DNA of 64,000 bases from Myxococcota bacterium (GCA_040386535.1 JAZKFH010000013.1:192001-256000), one strand, 5' to 3'; numbered from the stretch's first letter, positions 19,173-29,185 are shown. Notes: generated by a model from the letters alone, not told the origin. Translations and numbers: made by a program.

Positions 19173-20576
19173 ATGGTCATGATGCTTGTTGCGGTTTCTT
19201 TCCTGGCTGGATGCGGATCGGAGCCGAGCGGCGCTGGGACGGTTTCCGCGGTCCAACCGAGCGCTTCCACGCTCGCGGCGGAGGCGCGCGCCAGCAGCGG
19301 CAAGTCGTCGCAGAGCGACGATCCGCTCGCATCCATCCCGGTGGTGCTCGCATCGCTCTCCACGCCGGAGGCGTTCGCCAGCGCACCTGCCATGCTCGAG
19401 GCGCGCGCCGCGTTGCGGGAGGCGGAGCAGCTCCGGATCGAACGCGAGCTGATGACCGTGCTCGGTGGCCTCGCCACTTCGTGCGAGACGACCAGCACCC
19501 TGGCATCGTTCGACGCGTTCGCCGCGGAAGAATCCGCGTCGCTCGCGGCGGAGCGGGCGCTCGTGAAGTCCCTGCTGGAGGCGGCCGGTGCGGAAGGCCG
19601 TGCGCTGATCTGGCAGGTCTCCGACCCCGGCACCCTGTTCGTGAAGAGCCGCGCCGCGCAGGTCGCCACCGCCGGCGCCACCCTTCCCGCATGGTCGGCG
19701 CTCCAATTGGAAGAGGATGAGGAGCTGCGGGTTCGCCGCCTGCTCCTCGGTCTGCAGTTCGCGGTCGAGGCGCTCTCGCTCGACGTCGAGGCGGAGCTCG
19801 CCAACTTCGCAGCGGAGATGGCCGTGGTCGATCCGGCGGCCGCGGATGCCGCCGACAAGACGGTCGCGGCGCTGGAGCGGGTCGACACCTCGCTGCTCGG
19901 CGCCCAACGTGCCCGCTTCAACCTGTTGCCCGGCGCGTGCAAGGGTCTGGGAGACGAGGCCTGGGTGGGCATGCTCGAGCGCGGGTTCGTGCGCCGCTAC
20001 ATGGGTACGCTCGGTGGCACGGGTACGGCGCGCGAGCGCGCAGTCGCCAGCACCACCGGCGGCACGAAGGGCAACGCGGGCGGGGGGACCACGGGGGCCG
20101 GCGGCGGAAGCATGGCGAGCGGTGGCCAGCAGATGGGCGGCAGCGCGAGCATGGGCGGCCAGATGGGCGGCACGCAGACGGGCGGCCAGCAGATGGGCGG
20201 CACGCAGACGGGCGGCCAGCAGATGGGCGGCAGCGCGAGCATGGGCGGCCAGATGGGCGGCACGCAGACGGGCGGCCAGCAGATGGGCGGCTCCCAGATG
20301 GGCGGCACGCAGTCCGGCGGCCAGATGGGCGGCTCCCAGATGGGCGGCACGCAGACCGGCGGCCAGATGGGCGGCACGCAGACCGGCGGCCAGATGGGCG
20401 GCTCCCAGATGGGCGGCACGCAGACCGGCGGCCAGCAGATGGGCGGCACGCAGATGGGCGGCTCCCAGATGGGCGGCACGCAGACCGGCGGCCAGCAGAT
20501 GGGCGGCCAACAGACCGGCGGCCAGCAGATGGGCGGCCAACAGACCGGCCAGGGCGGCACGCCCCAGCAGCGGTGA
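19173..20576 (+). CDS. Lipoprotein with helical domain and long G/Q/M/T low-complexity C-terminal repeat
   Basis: Lipobox FLAGC; repeated QMGG/TQTGG units. Confidence 0.75.
   Translation: MVMMLVAVSFLAGCGSEPSGAGTVSAVQPSASTLAAEARASSGKSSQSDDPLASIPVVLASLSTPEAFASAPAMLEARAALREAEQLRIERELMTVLGGLATSCETTSTLASFDAFAAEESASLAAERALVKSLLEAAGAEGRALIWQVSDPGTLFVKSRAAQVATAGATLPAWSALQLEEDEELRVRRLLLGLQFAVEALSLDVEAELANFAAEMAVVDPAAADAADKTVAALERVDTSLLGAQRARFNLLPGACKGLGDEAWVGMLERGFVRRYMGTLGGTGTARERAVASTTGGTKGNAGGGTTGAGGGSMASGGQQMGGSASMGGQMGGTQTGGQQMGGTQTGGQQMGGSASMGGQMGGTQTGGQQMGGSQMGGTQSGGQMGGSQMGGTQTGGQMGGTQTGGQMGGSQMGGTQTGGQQMGGTQMGGSQMGGTQTGGQQMGGQQTGGQQMGGQQTGQGGTPQQR
20113..20553 (+). repeat. Coding tandem repeat (CAGATGGGCGGC / ACGCAGACCGGCGGC units)
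   Basis: About 440 bp of near-perfect 12-15 nt modules. Confidence 0.95.
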
Positions 20577-22345
20577 CATCGGCGGCGTCTCGGCGCGGAG
20601 CCCTTTGGACCGCCGTTGCGCTCGTCCTGACGGTGGGTACGGAGCTCGCCTGGCACGTGGCGGACGGGCGCCTGCCCACGGCGGACGCGGGCGCCCTCGG
20701 CGCGGTGGCAGGGGTCTACTGGTCCCTTGGGACCAGCGCGGGGGCGTCGGCCTCGGCGGCGGAGACGCTGCTGGTCCCCGGCGGGTGGTACACGTGGCTC
20801 GTGGCGGGCGCGCTCCGCACGTTCGGCCGCACGCCCGCGGTGTTCGACGGGGTCTCCGAGGCGGTTTGGATCGGCACCGTGATCTTCACGGCGCTGATCG
20901 CGCGGCGTCGCTCCGGTGACCGCGCCGGCGCCGCCGCGGCGCTCCTCGTGGCGGCCATGCCGTGGGTCACGCTCCTCGCGCGGCGGCACGGGCTCCAGGC
21001 GCCAGAGGCCGCGCTCGCTGTGGTGACGTTCTTCCTCGTGGATCGTGATAGCGCGCTCGCGCGCTGGTACACCTCCCTCCCACTCGCGCTCGTCGGCGCC
21101 GCGCTCCTCGCGCTCGGGCCCACGGCGTGGGTCTGGATCGTGGCGCTGGCTCCGCTCCTGGTGTTCCCCGGTGCGAAGCGGCACCCGTTCCGCATCGCCG
21201 TCGTCGTGACCGCCTGGGTCGTCGGAGCGGTGTTGGGCTCCGGCAACGCCGACGCCGTCTTCGCCCTCGCGCCCCCCGAGCGCCGCGCCGCAGAGGCTGT
21301 CGCCGCCTTCGTGCGTGGCGGCGCGCTCCTCGAGCGGCCCGTGGGCGCGGCCGTCGCCATCGGCGTCTTGATCTGGGGCGCCGCCTCGGTGTCCCGGCTA
21401 CGGGCACGGCGAGCGCCGGACGAGGCGCGGAGGCACGACCTTCCCTCGCGCGGCTCGACCGCGGTGCTCGTGGCGTGGGCGCTCGCCCCCTTCGCGCTCG
21501 GCGCCACCTTGCGCGCGGGGCCGGAGGCCTGGCCGGCCGGCGGGGCGGCGCTCGCGATCCTGGTCGCCGGGCCGCTCGGCCGCAACGCGGGAGGCGTGCT
21601 GGTCGCGCTCCTCGCGTGGACGCTCTTCGTCGTGCCGCAGCGGATCGACGTGGCGCCGGGCGTGTGGGCCCGCGCCATCCTCCCCGCGGACGCCACCGTG
21701 CCCACCGCCGAGTCGCCCTACCGCCCCCAGGAGGCCGACATCGCGCGCACCTTGGGCGCCCTCCTCGACGCGACCTGCGCCTCGGACGCCTGGGCGAGCT
21801 GCAACATCGTCGTCGATCAGGGCCTCGGCGCGCCGGACGCCGACGATCCGGGCCGACTGGCGCGGTTCCTGCTCGCGGAAGATCGGGTCGCCCTGTCCAC
21901 CGTGTACGACGCGCCACGAACGCGCCGCGACGATCGCCGCGTCGACGCGTTGCTCACGTGGGACTGCGGCGTGCGGGACGATCCCTGGCGCTTGCGCGCA
22001 CCGGACGCCGCCGCTCGTGTGATGGAGCTCGCGGCCGCGCGCCAGCTCGCCGCGGCCTGGAGCCGTCCCCTGGGTGATCCCGGGTGTGTCGCGCACTGGT
22101 TGACCCCACGGGGCATCGTCTCCCGCCCCGAAGCCCTGCCGCTCGCGGACGCCCGAGTGGCCCCGTGGACGCCGCTCGCGACGCTCGCGTCGATCGAGGC
22201 GTTCTACCAGCGCCATCCGAGCGCGCGGGACCGTCAGGGGCGCGGATCGGCCGTGCGCCCGGGAGACGCCCATGTCGCCACCGCACCGGACGGATGGACC
22301 GAGGATGGCTCCGCGTGGCGGCGCGGCCGCGCCCGCGACGAGTGA
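20573..22345 (+). CDS. GT-C (ArnT/PMT-like) polytopic membrane protein
   Basis: GTGA-coupled; D.RLP..D, PGGWY, multiple TM segments and periplasmic C-terminus. Confidence 0.65.
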   Translation: MTSAASRRGALWTAVALVLTVGTELAWHVADGRLPTADAGALGAVAGVYWSLGTSAGASASAAETLLVPGGWYTWLVAGALRTFGRTPAVFDGVSEAVWIGTVIFTALIARRRSGDRAGAAAALLVAAMPWVTLLARRHGLQAPEAALAVVTFFLVDRDSALARWYTSLPLALVGAALLALGPTAWVWIVALAPLLVFPGAKRHPFRIAVVVTAWVVGAVLGSGNADAVFALAPPERRAAEAVAAFVRGGALLERPVGAAVAIGVLIWGAASVSRLRARRAPDEARRHDLPSRGSTAVLVAWALAPFALGATLRAGPEAWPAGGAALAILVAGPLGRNAGGVLVALLAWTLFVVPQRIDVAPGVWARAILPADATVPTAESPYRPQEADIARTLGALLDATCASDAWASCNIVVDQGLGAPDADDPGRLARFLLAEDRVALSTVYDAPRTRRDDRRVDALLTWDCGVRDDPWRLRAPDAAARVMELAAARQLAAAWSRPLGDPGCVAHWLTPRGIVSRPEALPLADARVAPWTPLATLASIEAFYQRHPSARDRQGRGSAVRPGDAHVATAPDGWTEDGSAWRRGRARDE

Positions 22346-22941
22346 GGCCCGACGTGTCCCACCTCCGCGCCGCGTCGATCCTCGCGTTGTGGGTGCTGCT
22401 CGTGCTCCTCGGCACGCCCGGGCTGGACTTCCTGAACGCGAAGACCCTGCGCAGCGCCGACGACCAGGCGGCGTGGCGGCATCGCGTCCCTGAGCCGTGG
22501 GCGACCGCGGGCGTGCTCGTGGCCAGCTTCAACCGGGAGCTGCGCCTGCCCGTCGTGACCGCGCTCGCGCCGATCCAGCGCCCCTTCCGCGTCAGCCAGG
22601 AGTGGTTCCTCTATCGCGACGGTCCTTCGAAGGTGCGCCGTCTCGAGGTGCGCCTGGACGGCGAGCTGGTCCACCGGAGCGCCGATGCCGCGTATCCCTG
22701 GCTCGCCGACGTGTTGCGCAACCGCCGGATCCGCCCCGTCGTCGAGAGCACGTGCGGCGCGGACGCCGGCCCCAACTGGCACGGCCTCGGTCGGCTCGTC
22801 GTGGAGCGGGGGCGCGCCGAGCGTCCCGGCCTCCGCGAGATCGAGCTGGTGTGCACGGTAGCGCCCTTTCCGGGAACGGACGCGACGGTCCAGCGTCGGT
22901 ACGTCGCCGCGGCCCCCGCCTGGGTGGTCGCTCCGGGATGA
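22342..22941 (+). CDS. Membrane-anchored partner of HTTM protein (SdpA/DUF5819-like)
   Basis: N-terminal TM; F..SQEWFLY..GP motif; coupled to both neighbours. Confidence 0.55.
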   Translation: MRPDVSHLRAASILALWVLLVLLGTPGLDFLNAKTLRSADDQAAWRHRVPEPWATAGVLVASFNRELRLPVVTALAPIQRPFRVSQEWFLYRDGPSKVRRLEVRLDGELVHRSADAAYPWLADVLRNRRIRPVVESTCGADAGPNWHGLGRLVVERGRAERPGLREIELVCTVAPFPGTDATVQRRYVAAAPAWVVAPG

Positions 22942-23807
22942 GCACGGCGTGGGCTCGATGGACGGCGTTCACCCGCCGCGACATGGACGCGCGGCCGCTT
23001 GCGATGGTGCGGATCCTCGCGTGCCTCGCCATCCTCGCCGACCTCCTCCAGGTCGGCGGCCTGGGGCTCGTCCCGACCCTGTTCCGGCCCTCCCAGGCCG
23101 GCGGCTTGTCGGTCGTGCAGGACGACGCCAACGTGCTCGTCGCGCTCTCCGCGTCGTGGGGCGGCCCCGTCGTGTACGTCGTGACGTTGGTGTGCCTCGC
23201 GCTCGCCATGGTGGGCATCTGGACCCGGCCGGCGCTGGTGGTCGGGCTCCTCGCTTACGCTCAGCTCGGCCACCTCTACCCGCCCGGGGATCGTGCGATC
23301 GATCGGCTCCTCCGTAGCGCGCTCCTGCTGGTCGTCTTCAGCGGGGCACATCGCCGGTTCTCCCTGACCGGCACGCGCGCCGATCGTGTGCCCGCCTGGC
23401 CCGCCGACACGATCCGCCTCCTTCTCGTGCTGGTGTACCTCTCCGCGGGGATCTCCAAGCTCCAGCAGCAGCCGGGCTGGCTGGCGTGGGGCGGCACGCC
23501 GGTGCTCTACCGGGTGATGGGGGATCCGATGGGCGCGCACATCGATCCCGTGGCCGCGCTCCCGTTCTGGCCGCTCCTCCGCGTCCTCGGCTGGGGCACC
23601 ATCGCGCTGGAGGTCTCCGCGCCGCTCGTGTTCACCCGCTTCGGGCCGTACTGGGCGGTCGCTGGCGCTTCGATGCATCTCGGCATCGCGCTCACGATGG
23701 ATCTCGGCATGTTCTCGTGGGGAATGCTGGCGCTCTACCCGATCCTCGCCGCGCGGCTCTTCGAGCCCTCGGCGTTTCGCGGCGCCCTGGCCTCCAAGGC
23801 GGCATAG
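22938..23807 (+). CDS. HTTM-domain membrane protein (SdpB / vitamin K-dependent carboxylase-like)
   Basis: LA..RI, G..TR, VYLSAGISKL...W..GG, MHLGIALTMDLGMFS motifs. Confidence 0.8.
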   Translation: MSTAWARWTAFTRRDMDARPLAMVRILACLAILADLLQVGGLGLVPTLFRPSQAGGLSVVQDDANVLVALSASWGGPVVYVVTLVCLALAMVGIWTRPALVVGLLAYAQLGHLYPPGDRAIDRLLRSALLLVVFSGAHRRFSLTGTRADRVPAWPADTIRLLLVLVYLSAGISKLQQQPGWLAWGGTPVLYRVMGDPMGAHIDPVAALPFWPLLRVLGWGTIALEVSAPLVFTRFGPYWAVAGASMHLGIALTMDLGMFSWGMLALYPILAARLFEPSAFRGALASKAA

Positions 23808-23859
23808 TCGCCCCAGGATGGCGCGGGCGCGCCCGTCGAGCGAGCGATAGGGAGCGTTC

Positions 23860-25014
23860 ATGTGGCTGTGCTCGCTCTTCCTGTACGTCCCGAACGCCGC
23901 CGCCGGGCCCACGGGCGAGCCGATCGTCCTGTCCGTCGGCGCCGAGGTCTCGACCGGCCTCGGCGGGGGCTGGGCGCGCGCCTGGCCGGAGGACGACGGG
24001 TCGTGGCGGTTCCTCTGGTCCGCGGGCGGGGACTACGTGCTCCTGCCGATGACGGCGGACCTCGTGGTCACCGACCGCGACCGCACGGCCCTCACGGGGC
24101 GCACCAACCTCGTGGACCACGCGATCACGCGCTGCCCGGACGACGGGAGCTTCCTCCACGCCGCCTCCGCCAATGTCGACAGTTTCAACGACTCCGCGTA
24201 CGCCTTCCGGTTCGACCCCGATCTCGGGCTTACCGGCGAGACCACGATCGCCGAGCGCGATGCGTCACGCGCACACAACGACCTGACCGTGCTCTGCTCG
24301 GGCCCGATCTCGGGCGTCGGGTTCGCGCAGGGGGGCGGCTCCGTGTTCTTTCCCGTCGCTACCGACTCTACGCTCGGAGAGCCCGTCTCCTTGCCCGACG
24401 CGCCCTCCCTCATGGGCGGCGCGATGTACTACGAGGCCGAGAGCGACACGGTCCTGGTGATCAACTTCCGGTTCCACGGGCCGCTCGTGGTCGCGCGCTA
24501 CACGACGGATCTCACGCTGGTCGAGGTCACCGAGATCCCCGACGCCGTCGAGGCCCCCCTCACCGGGTACTGGGCTCAGGGCCTGCTCCGCGTTGGCGAT
24601 GTCTACGTGGTCGCGCACATGGCGCGGGACGAGAGCCGCGGGTGGGCCGCGGACGAGGGCGACGTGTGGCTCGCCTTCTTCGACACGGACTGGAACCTCC
24701 TCGAGCGCCGCCAGATCTCGCAGAACACGCCCCCCACGGGGGGCATGCGCCCGGGGCTCGCGCGTCGGGGCGACCAATTGCTCGTGTTCTACGACAAGCA
24801 GGTCTCGCCGCGCCTCTTCGACGTGCGGCTCGATCTCGCCGCGATGGGTGTCGAGGGCGACGAGCCGGACAGCGGGCGCAGCGATGTGGACGACGACTCG
24901 GGCGTCCCCGCGGCGGACGCCGAGGGGTGCGGCTGCGACACCGGCGGCGCGCCCCTCTCCGGCCTGGGCCTCCTCGCCGGGCTCCTGGTGCGGCGCCGCC
25001 GCGCGGCGTCCTGA
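23860..25014 (+). CDS. Secreted beta-rich protein with MYXO-CTERM-like anchor
   Basis: C-terminus EGCGCDTGGAPLSGLGLLAGLLVRRRR. Confidence 0.8.
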   Translation: MWLCSLFLYVPNAAAGPTGEPIVLSVGAEVSTGLGGGWARAWPEDDGSWRFLWSAGGDYVLLPMTADLVVTDRDRTALTGRTNLVDHAITRCPDDGSFLHAASANVDSFNDSAYAFRFDPDLGLTGETTIAERDASRAHNDLTVLCSGPISGVGFAQGGGSVFFPVATDSTLGEPVSLPDAPSLMGGAMYYEAESDTVLVINFRFHGPLVVARYTTDLTLVEVTEIPDAVEAPLTGYWAQGLLRVGDVYVVAHMARDESRGWAADEGDVWLAFFDTDWNLLERRQISQNTPPTGGMRPGLARRGDQLLVFYDKQVSPRLFDVRLDLAAMGVEGDEPDSGRSDVDDDSGVPAADAEGCGCDTGGAPLSGLGLLAGLLVRRRRAAS

Positions 25015-27473
25015 TGGTCTCCACGCTCGCGCTCCTCCTCGCGTGTGACGACGGTCCTGACAAGACGCCCGATCGGATCGCGTCGACCGTCGTCGGCTCG
25101 GTGACCCTCGCGCCGACGTCCCCGCGCACGGACGACGTCGTCATCGCCACCGTGGCCGAATCCGACGGGGACCTCGTGTTCGCCTGGTTCGTGGACGGGG
25201 TGGCGGTCGCGGAGACGAGCGCGTCGCTGGCGGGCACCTCCTTCGACAAGGGCCAGGCCGTCCACGTCGCCGTCACGGCCTTGCGCAAGGGAGTGCCGAG
25301 CACCACCGTCGAATCCGACGCCGTCACGGTCGCCAACACCCCGCCCACGGCCCCCGGCGTCACGCTCGCCCTCACCGGCGATGGCCTCGTGTGCACCGTC
25401 GAGGCGCCCGCGACCGACGCCGACGGCGACACGCTCAGCTACACGACCACCATCACGTCCGATGTCGGCACCGAGGTCGCGGGAGAGACCGTGCCGCTCG
25501 CGCTCACCGCGGCTGGCGCGGTGTGGACCTGCACCGTCACCCCCGACGACGGAGAATCCCCAGGGCCGGCAGGTACTTCCAGCCTGACCCTGGAGGGCCC
25601 GCTCGAAGGGGGCTACAGCTTCGAGCGCGTGGCCGACGTGCTCATGCCGGCCGACATCGAGGCCGTCCCGGACGGCACGTTGCTCGTCGCGACGCTCCTC
25701 GGCGAGCTCTCCCACGTCGACCCCGCGACCGGCGCGGTCCTCGGGACCGTCTCCCTCTACGAGCCCGACGATCTCGTGTCCCTCGCGCTCGATCCCCGCT
25801 TCGGCGACGGCACGCACGACTGGCTCTACACGTGGACCAACCACACGTGCGTCGTCGCGCGGCACGCCGTGACGCTCGATCCGTTCGGCGTCACCGCCAG
25901 CGAAGAGCTGATGCAGATGGACTGCCCGATCCGCGGCGGCCACGCGGGCGGCGACCTGTTGTTCTGGGAGGGCGAGTCCACCGAGCCGCTGCTCTACCTC
26001 GGCATCGGCCCGACCATCGACGGCAACCCCCAGGAGGAGGTCCAACCCGGCCAGAAGCTGCTCGCCTTCGCGATCGCGGAGGACGGCACGCTCTCCCCGG
26101 GGATGGACGCCGGCTTCGAGAACCCGTACATCGTGGCGAAGGGGCTCCGAAATCCGTGGCGCCTCGCCGATTGTGGCAGCGGCATCTGCATCGCCGACGC
26201 GGGCAGCGACTTCTACGAGGAGGTCAACCTCTACACCGGCGCCGGCATGAACTTCGGGTACCCGCGCGCCGAGGGCCCCGACGAGGCCGGGGTCTTCGAC
26301 GATCCGTTCCTGTGGTGGGAGAACGAAGACCCCGCGTTCGTCCTCGCCGATCGCGACGGATCCGGACGCACCGGCATCGAGAACACGCCGATGATCGGCA
26401 TCCGTGTCTCGGGCGGGGCGTTCGCAGGCCGCCTGGACGGCGCCCTGCTCTACGCGGACGTGTTCGACGGCTGGGTCCGCGGCGCTGCGCTCGATGACAC
26501 CGGCCGCCTCGGCGACGACGTGCCACTGGCCTATCTGCCCTACGTGCTCGCGATGACCGAGGCCCCGGACGGGTCGGTCTACGCCGTGGCCCTCTCGGGC
26601 GGGGTGTGGCGGCTCGGCTACCGCGCCGATCGGACGCGCATCGGCGAGGAGGGCGAGCGGCTCTCGGACGCGGCGCCCGGCGGGATTCCTTATGACGTGC
26701 GCTACCCGCTCTGGTCGAACGGCGCCGAGAAGGATCGGTGGCTCGAGTTGCCGACCGGCACGACGATCGACACCACGGATCCCGACGCATGGGTGTACCC
26801 CGAGGGCACGCGCCTCTGGAAACGCTTCACGATGGACGGCGTCCCTGTGGAGACCCGCCTGCTCGAGAAGCGCGACGGCGCCTGGATCGGCGGCACCTAC
26901 GTGTGGAGCGGCGGCGAGGCCTGGCTCACCGATGGCACCCGCCAGGACCTCGTGCTCCCGTCGGGCGAGGCCTACACGGTGCCCTCCCAATACGCGTGCG
27001 CGGTGTGCCACGAGGCCACCTCCGGCCAGGAAGCGCCGCTCGGGGTGGAGCCCTTCCAGCTCGGGGACGACGGGCTCGCCGCGATCGCCGACGCGCTCGA
27101 CGCGCCGTACGGGCCCGCGCCGGAGCTCGCGGTGGCCGACCCTGTCGAGGCCGAGGTGCGCGGGTACCTGCACGGCAACTGCGCGTTCTGCCACCAGCCG
27201 ACGGGCGTCGTGTCGATGGTGTCCGTCGTGACGCTCGACTTCCGCTACTCGGCGCTGGACACCGGCCTGCTCGACGGCCACGCCGAGTACTGGAACGCCA
27301 ACCCCTACGAGAACGACGGGCTGCCCTACGTCCTGCCCGGCGATCCCGACGGCAGCGCGCTCGTCGGGATGCTCGAGGCCACGGACATGCCGCGCCTCTC
27401 GGTGTGGGAGCCGGACGCCGAGGCCATCACGACGATCCGGGCCTGGATCGCGGCGATGCCCGCCACCCCGTGA
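25014..27473 (+). CDS. Lipoprotein: Ig-like domains + PQQ/sugar-dehydrogenase-type beta-propeller + diheme cytochrome c
   Basis: MVSTLALLLAC; HAGG, GLRNPWR, EEVN, NFGYP; PLWSNGAEKDRW; two CxxCH (CAVCH, CAFCH). Confidence 0.85.
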   Translation: MVSTLALLLACDDGPDKTPDRIASTVVGSVTLAPTSPRTDDVVIATVAESDGDLVFAWFVDGVAVAETSASLAGTSFDKGQAVHVAVTALRKGVPSTTVESDAVTVANTPPTAPGVTLALTGDGLVCTVEAPATDADGDTLSYTTTITSDVGTEVAGETVPLALTAAGAVWTCTVTPDDGESPGPAGTSSLTLEGPLEGGYSFERVADVLMPADIEAVPDGTLLVATLLGELSHVDPATGAVLGTVSLYEPDDLVSLALDPRFGDGTHDWLYTWTNHTCVVARHAVTLDPFGVTASEELMQMDCPIRGGHAGGDLLFWEGESTEPLLYLGIGPTIDGNPQEEVQPGQKLLAFAIAEDGTLSPGMDAGFENPYIVAKGLRNPWRLADCGSGICIADAGSDFYEEVNLYTGAGMNFGYPRAEGPDEAGVFDDPFLWWENEDPAFVLADRDGSGRTGIENTPMIGIRVSGGAFAGRLDGALLYADVFDGWVRGAALDDTGRLGDDVPLAYLPYVLAMTEAPDGSVYAVALSGGVWRLGYRADRTRIGEEGERLSDAAPGGIPYDVRYPLWSNGAEKDRWLELPTGTTIDTTDPDAWVYPEGTRLWKRFTMDGVPVETRLLEKRDGAWIGGTYVWSGGEAWLTDGTRQDLVLPSGEAYTVPSQYACAVCHEATSGQEAPLGVEPFQLGDDGLAAIADALDAPYGPAPELAVADPVEAEVRGYLHGNCAFCHQPTGVVSMVSVVTLDFRYSALDTGLLDGHAEYWNANPYENDGLPYVLPGDPDGSALVGMLEATDMPRLSVWEPDAEAITTIRAWIAAMPATP

Positions 27474-29185
27474 GGTCCACGCGCGAGCTCGTGCACGACG
27501 CCCGCATGTACGGCTCGCGCGCGCTGAACCGCTCGCTGGCGCCGCCGGACTGGCTGTCGATCAACCTGACGCTGCGCTGCAACCTCAGCTGCGTCATGTG
27601 CACCACCTGTTACGACGCGCCCGAGCTCTCCCTGCGCGAGGTGCTCGATCTGGTCGACCAGGCGGCGAGCTGGGGCGTGAAGGTGTTCAACCCGCTCGGC
27701 GGCGAGCCCTTCATCCGCCACGATCTCGAGGACATCCTCGCGCACGCGGCGAAGCGGGACCTGTACACCACGCTCACGACGAACGGGACGCTCATCACCG
27801 CGGCGCGGGCCGCGCGCATCGCCGCGATCCCGCCGGAGAAGCTGCACGTCAACATCTCGATCGACGGCCTGGAGGCCACTCACGACGGCGTGCGCGGGAA
27901 GGGCGCGTTCCAGCGCACGCTCGCGGGGTACCGACGCCTCCGCGAGGCGGACGCCGCGGCGGGCAACCCGCGTCGCAAGATCTGCGCGAACAGCATCCTC
28001 CACGCCAAGAACGTGGGCGAGTACCTCGATCTGGTCGCGTTCCTGGAGGAAGAGGGGTTCTCCGGGCTCCAGGTCCTGCACCTGTTCCGTGACGACGAGG
28101 ACTCGGACGTCGGCGGCATGTGGTTCGCGCCGGCCCAGCTCCCGGCGCTCGAGGCCGTCTGCGCGACGCTCGGGCAGCATCCGCTCGTGCTCAATCGTCA
28201 CGCGCTTCCGCTCGTACCTCGCTACTACCGCGAGGGGTTGGGCCCGCTGGAGGCACCGTGCTGGGCGGGCTGGAAGGAGCTGTACGTCAACGCCGACGGC
28301 AGCGTGATCATGTGCGACGGGAAGCTCGACTTTCTCGCCGGGCGCTTCGGGAGCGTGCGCGAGCAGACCCTCCGCGAGCTCTGGCGGTCCCCGGCGCTGC
28401 GGGCGCGGCGCGAGGTGGTGAAGACCTGCGCCACGCCGTGCATCCAGGGCTGCTACCTGCGCACGGAGAGCGACTCCGCGACGCGCATCGTGAAGGGCCT
28501 CGTGGACAACGTGAGCGCGCCCGTGCGCGCCCGCGTGGCGCGGCTGCTCCCGGCGCGCACGATCGAGGGCACGCTCACCCTGGAGCTCTCCGACACGCCC
28601 GACGATCCCGCCCATCCGCGCACGCGCGCCCTGTTCGCCACGTCCCCCGTGGCGTTGGAGGACTGTTTCTCCGACCCGGACCGGCTGCTGACACTCCGCG
28701 ATCGTCGCTACCTCGACTTCGGTCGCGGGTTCCTCGGCGCCGACGTCGTGGCGCACGTGCGTGACGGGCTGCGCGAGGCCCGCATTCGCTTCCGCACGGT
28801 GTCGCTCACGTGGCGCGGCGAGCCGCTGCTCCACCCGGAATTTCCCGTCGTCTGGGACGCCCTGGACGGCATCGCGGATTGCGTGCGCGTCGTCACGTCG
28901 GGATTGCTGGTCCGGGACGATCACATGTCGCTCCTCCGGCGGGCCGAGGTGTGGATCGATCCGGCGCGATCGGCGTTCGCCGGCGGCGCACACGCCGACC
29001 TGCTCACGACGCGCGCCGCGGCGCTCGGGGCCCGCCGCGGGGCGCCGCCGCCCGACGCCGTGGCGCCCGCCCTCTCCTGGGACGGCCACCTCACCGTGTC
29101 CCTTGACGACACGACGTTGTCCCGTCGCATCGGGGACGTGCTCAAGGAGCCGATGCGCACGATCTGGGGCCGCTACCCGGCGTGA
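27470..29185 (+). CDS. Radical SAM/SPASM protein with degenerate second rSAM-like domain
   Basis: CNLSCVMC, GGEP, TTNG, ISIDG, CWAG...MC...CATPCIQGC; C-terminal half with WRGEPLLHP but no CxxxCxxC. Confidence 0.85.
   Translation: MRSTRELVHDARMYGSRALNRSLAPPDWLSINLTLRCNLSCVMCTTCYDAPELSLREVLDLVDQAASWGVKVFNPLGGEPFIRHDLEDILAHAAKRDLYTTLTTNGTLITAARAARIAAIPPEKLHVNISIDGLEATHDGVRGKGAFQRTLAGYRRLREADAAAGNPRRKICANSILHAKNVGEYLDLVAFLEEEGFSGLQVLHLFRDDEDSDVGGMWFAPAQLPALEAVCATLGQHPLVLNRHALPLVPRYYREGLGPLEAPCWAGWKELYVNADGSVIMCDGKLDFLAGRFGSVREQTLRELWRSPALRARREVVKTCATPCIQGCYLRTESDSATRIVKGLVDNVSAPVRARVARLLPARTIEGTLTLELSDTPDDPAHPRTRALFATSPVALEDCFSDPDRLLTLRDRRYLDFGRGFLGADVVAHVRDGLREARIRFRTVSLTWRGEPLLHPEFPVVWDALDGIADCVRVVTSGLLVRDDHMSLLRRAEVWIDPARSAFAGGAHADLLTTRAAALGARRGAPPPDAVAPALSWDGHLTVSLDDTTLSRRIGDVLKEPMRTIWGRYPA

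Noticed and set aside
20113..20553. Repeat array as possible CRISPR, or antisense (W/C/V)PP-repeat protein
   Set aside because: No unique spacers and no cas genes; units are codon multiples within a lipoprotein ORF on the + strand
23862..25013. N-terminal extension of the 1203-aa ORF, or frameshift fusion
   Set aside because: Arg/Pro-rich off-frame shadow of the 23860 gene; a clean TGATG-coupled start exists at 25014
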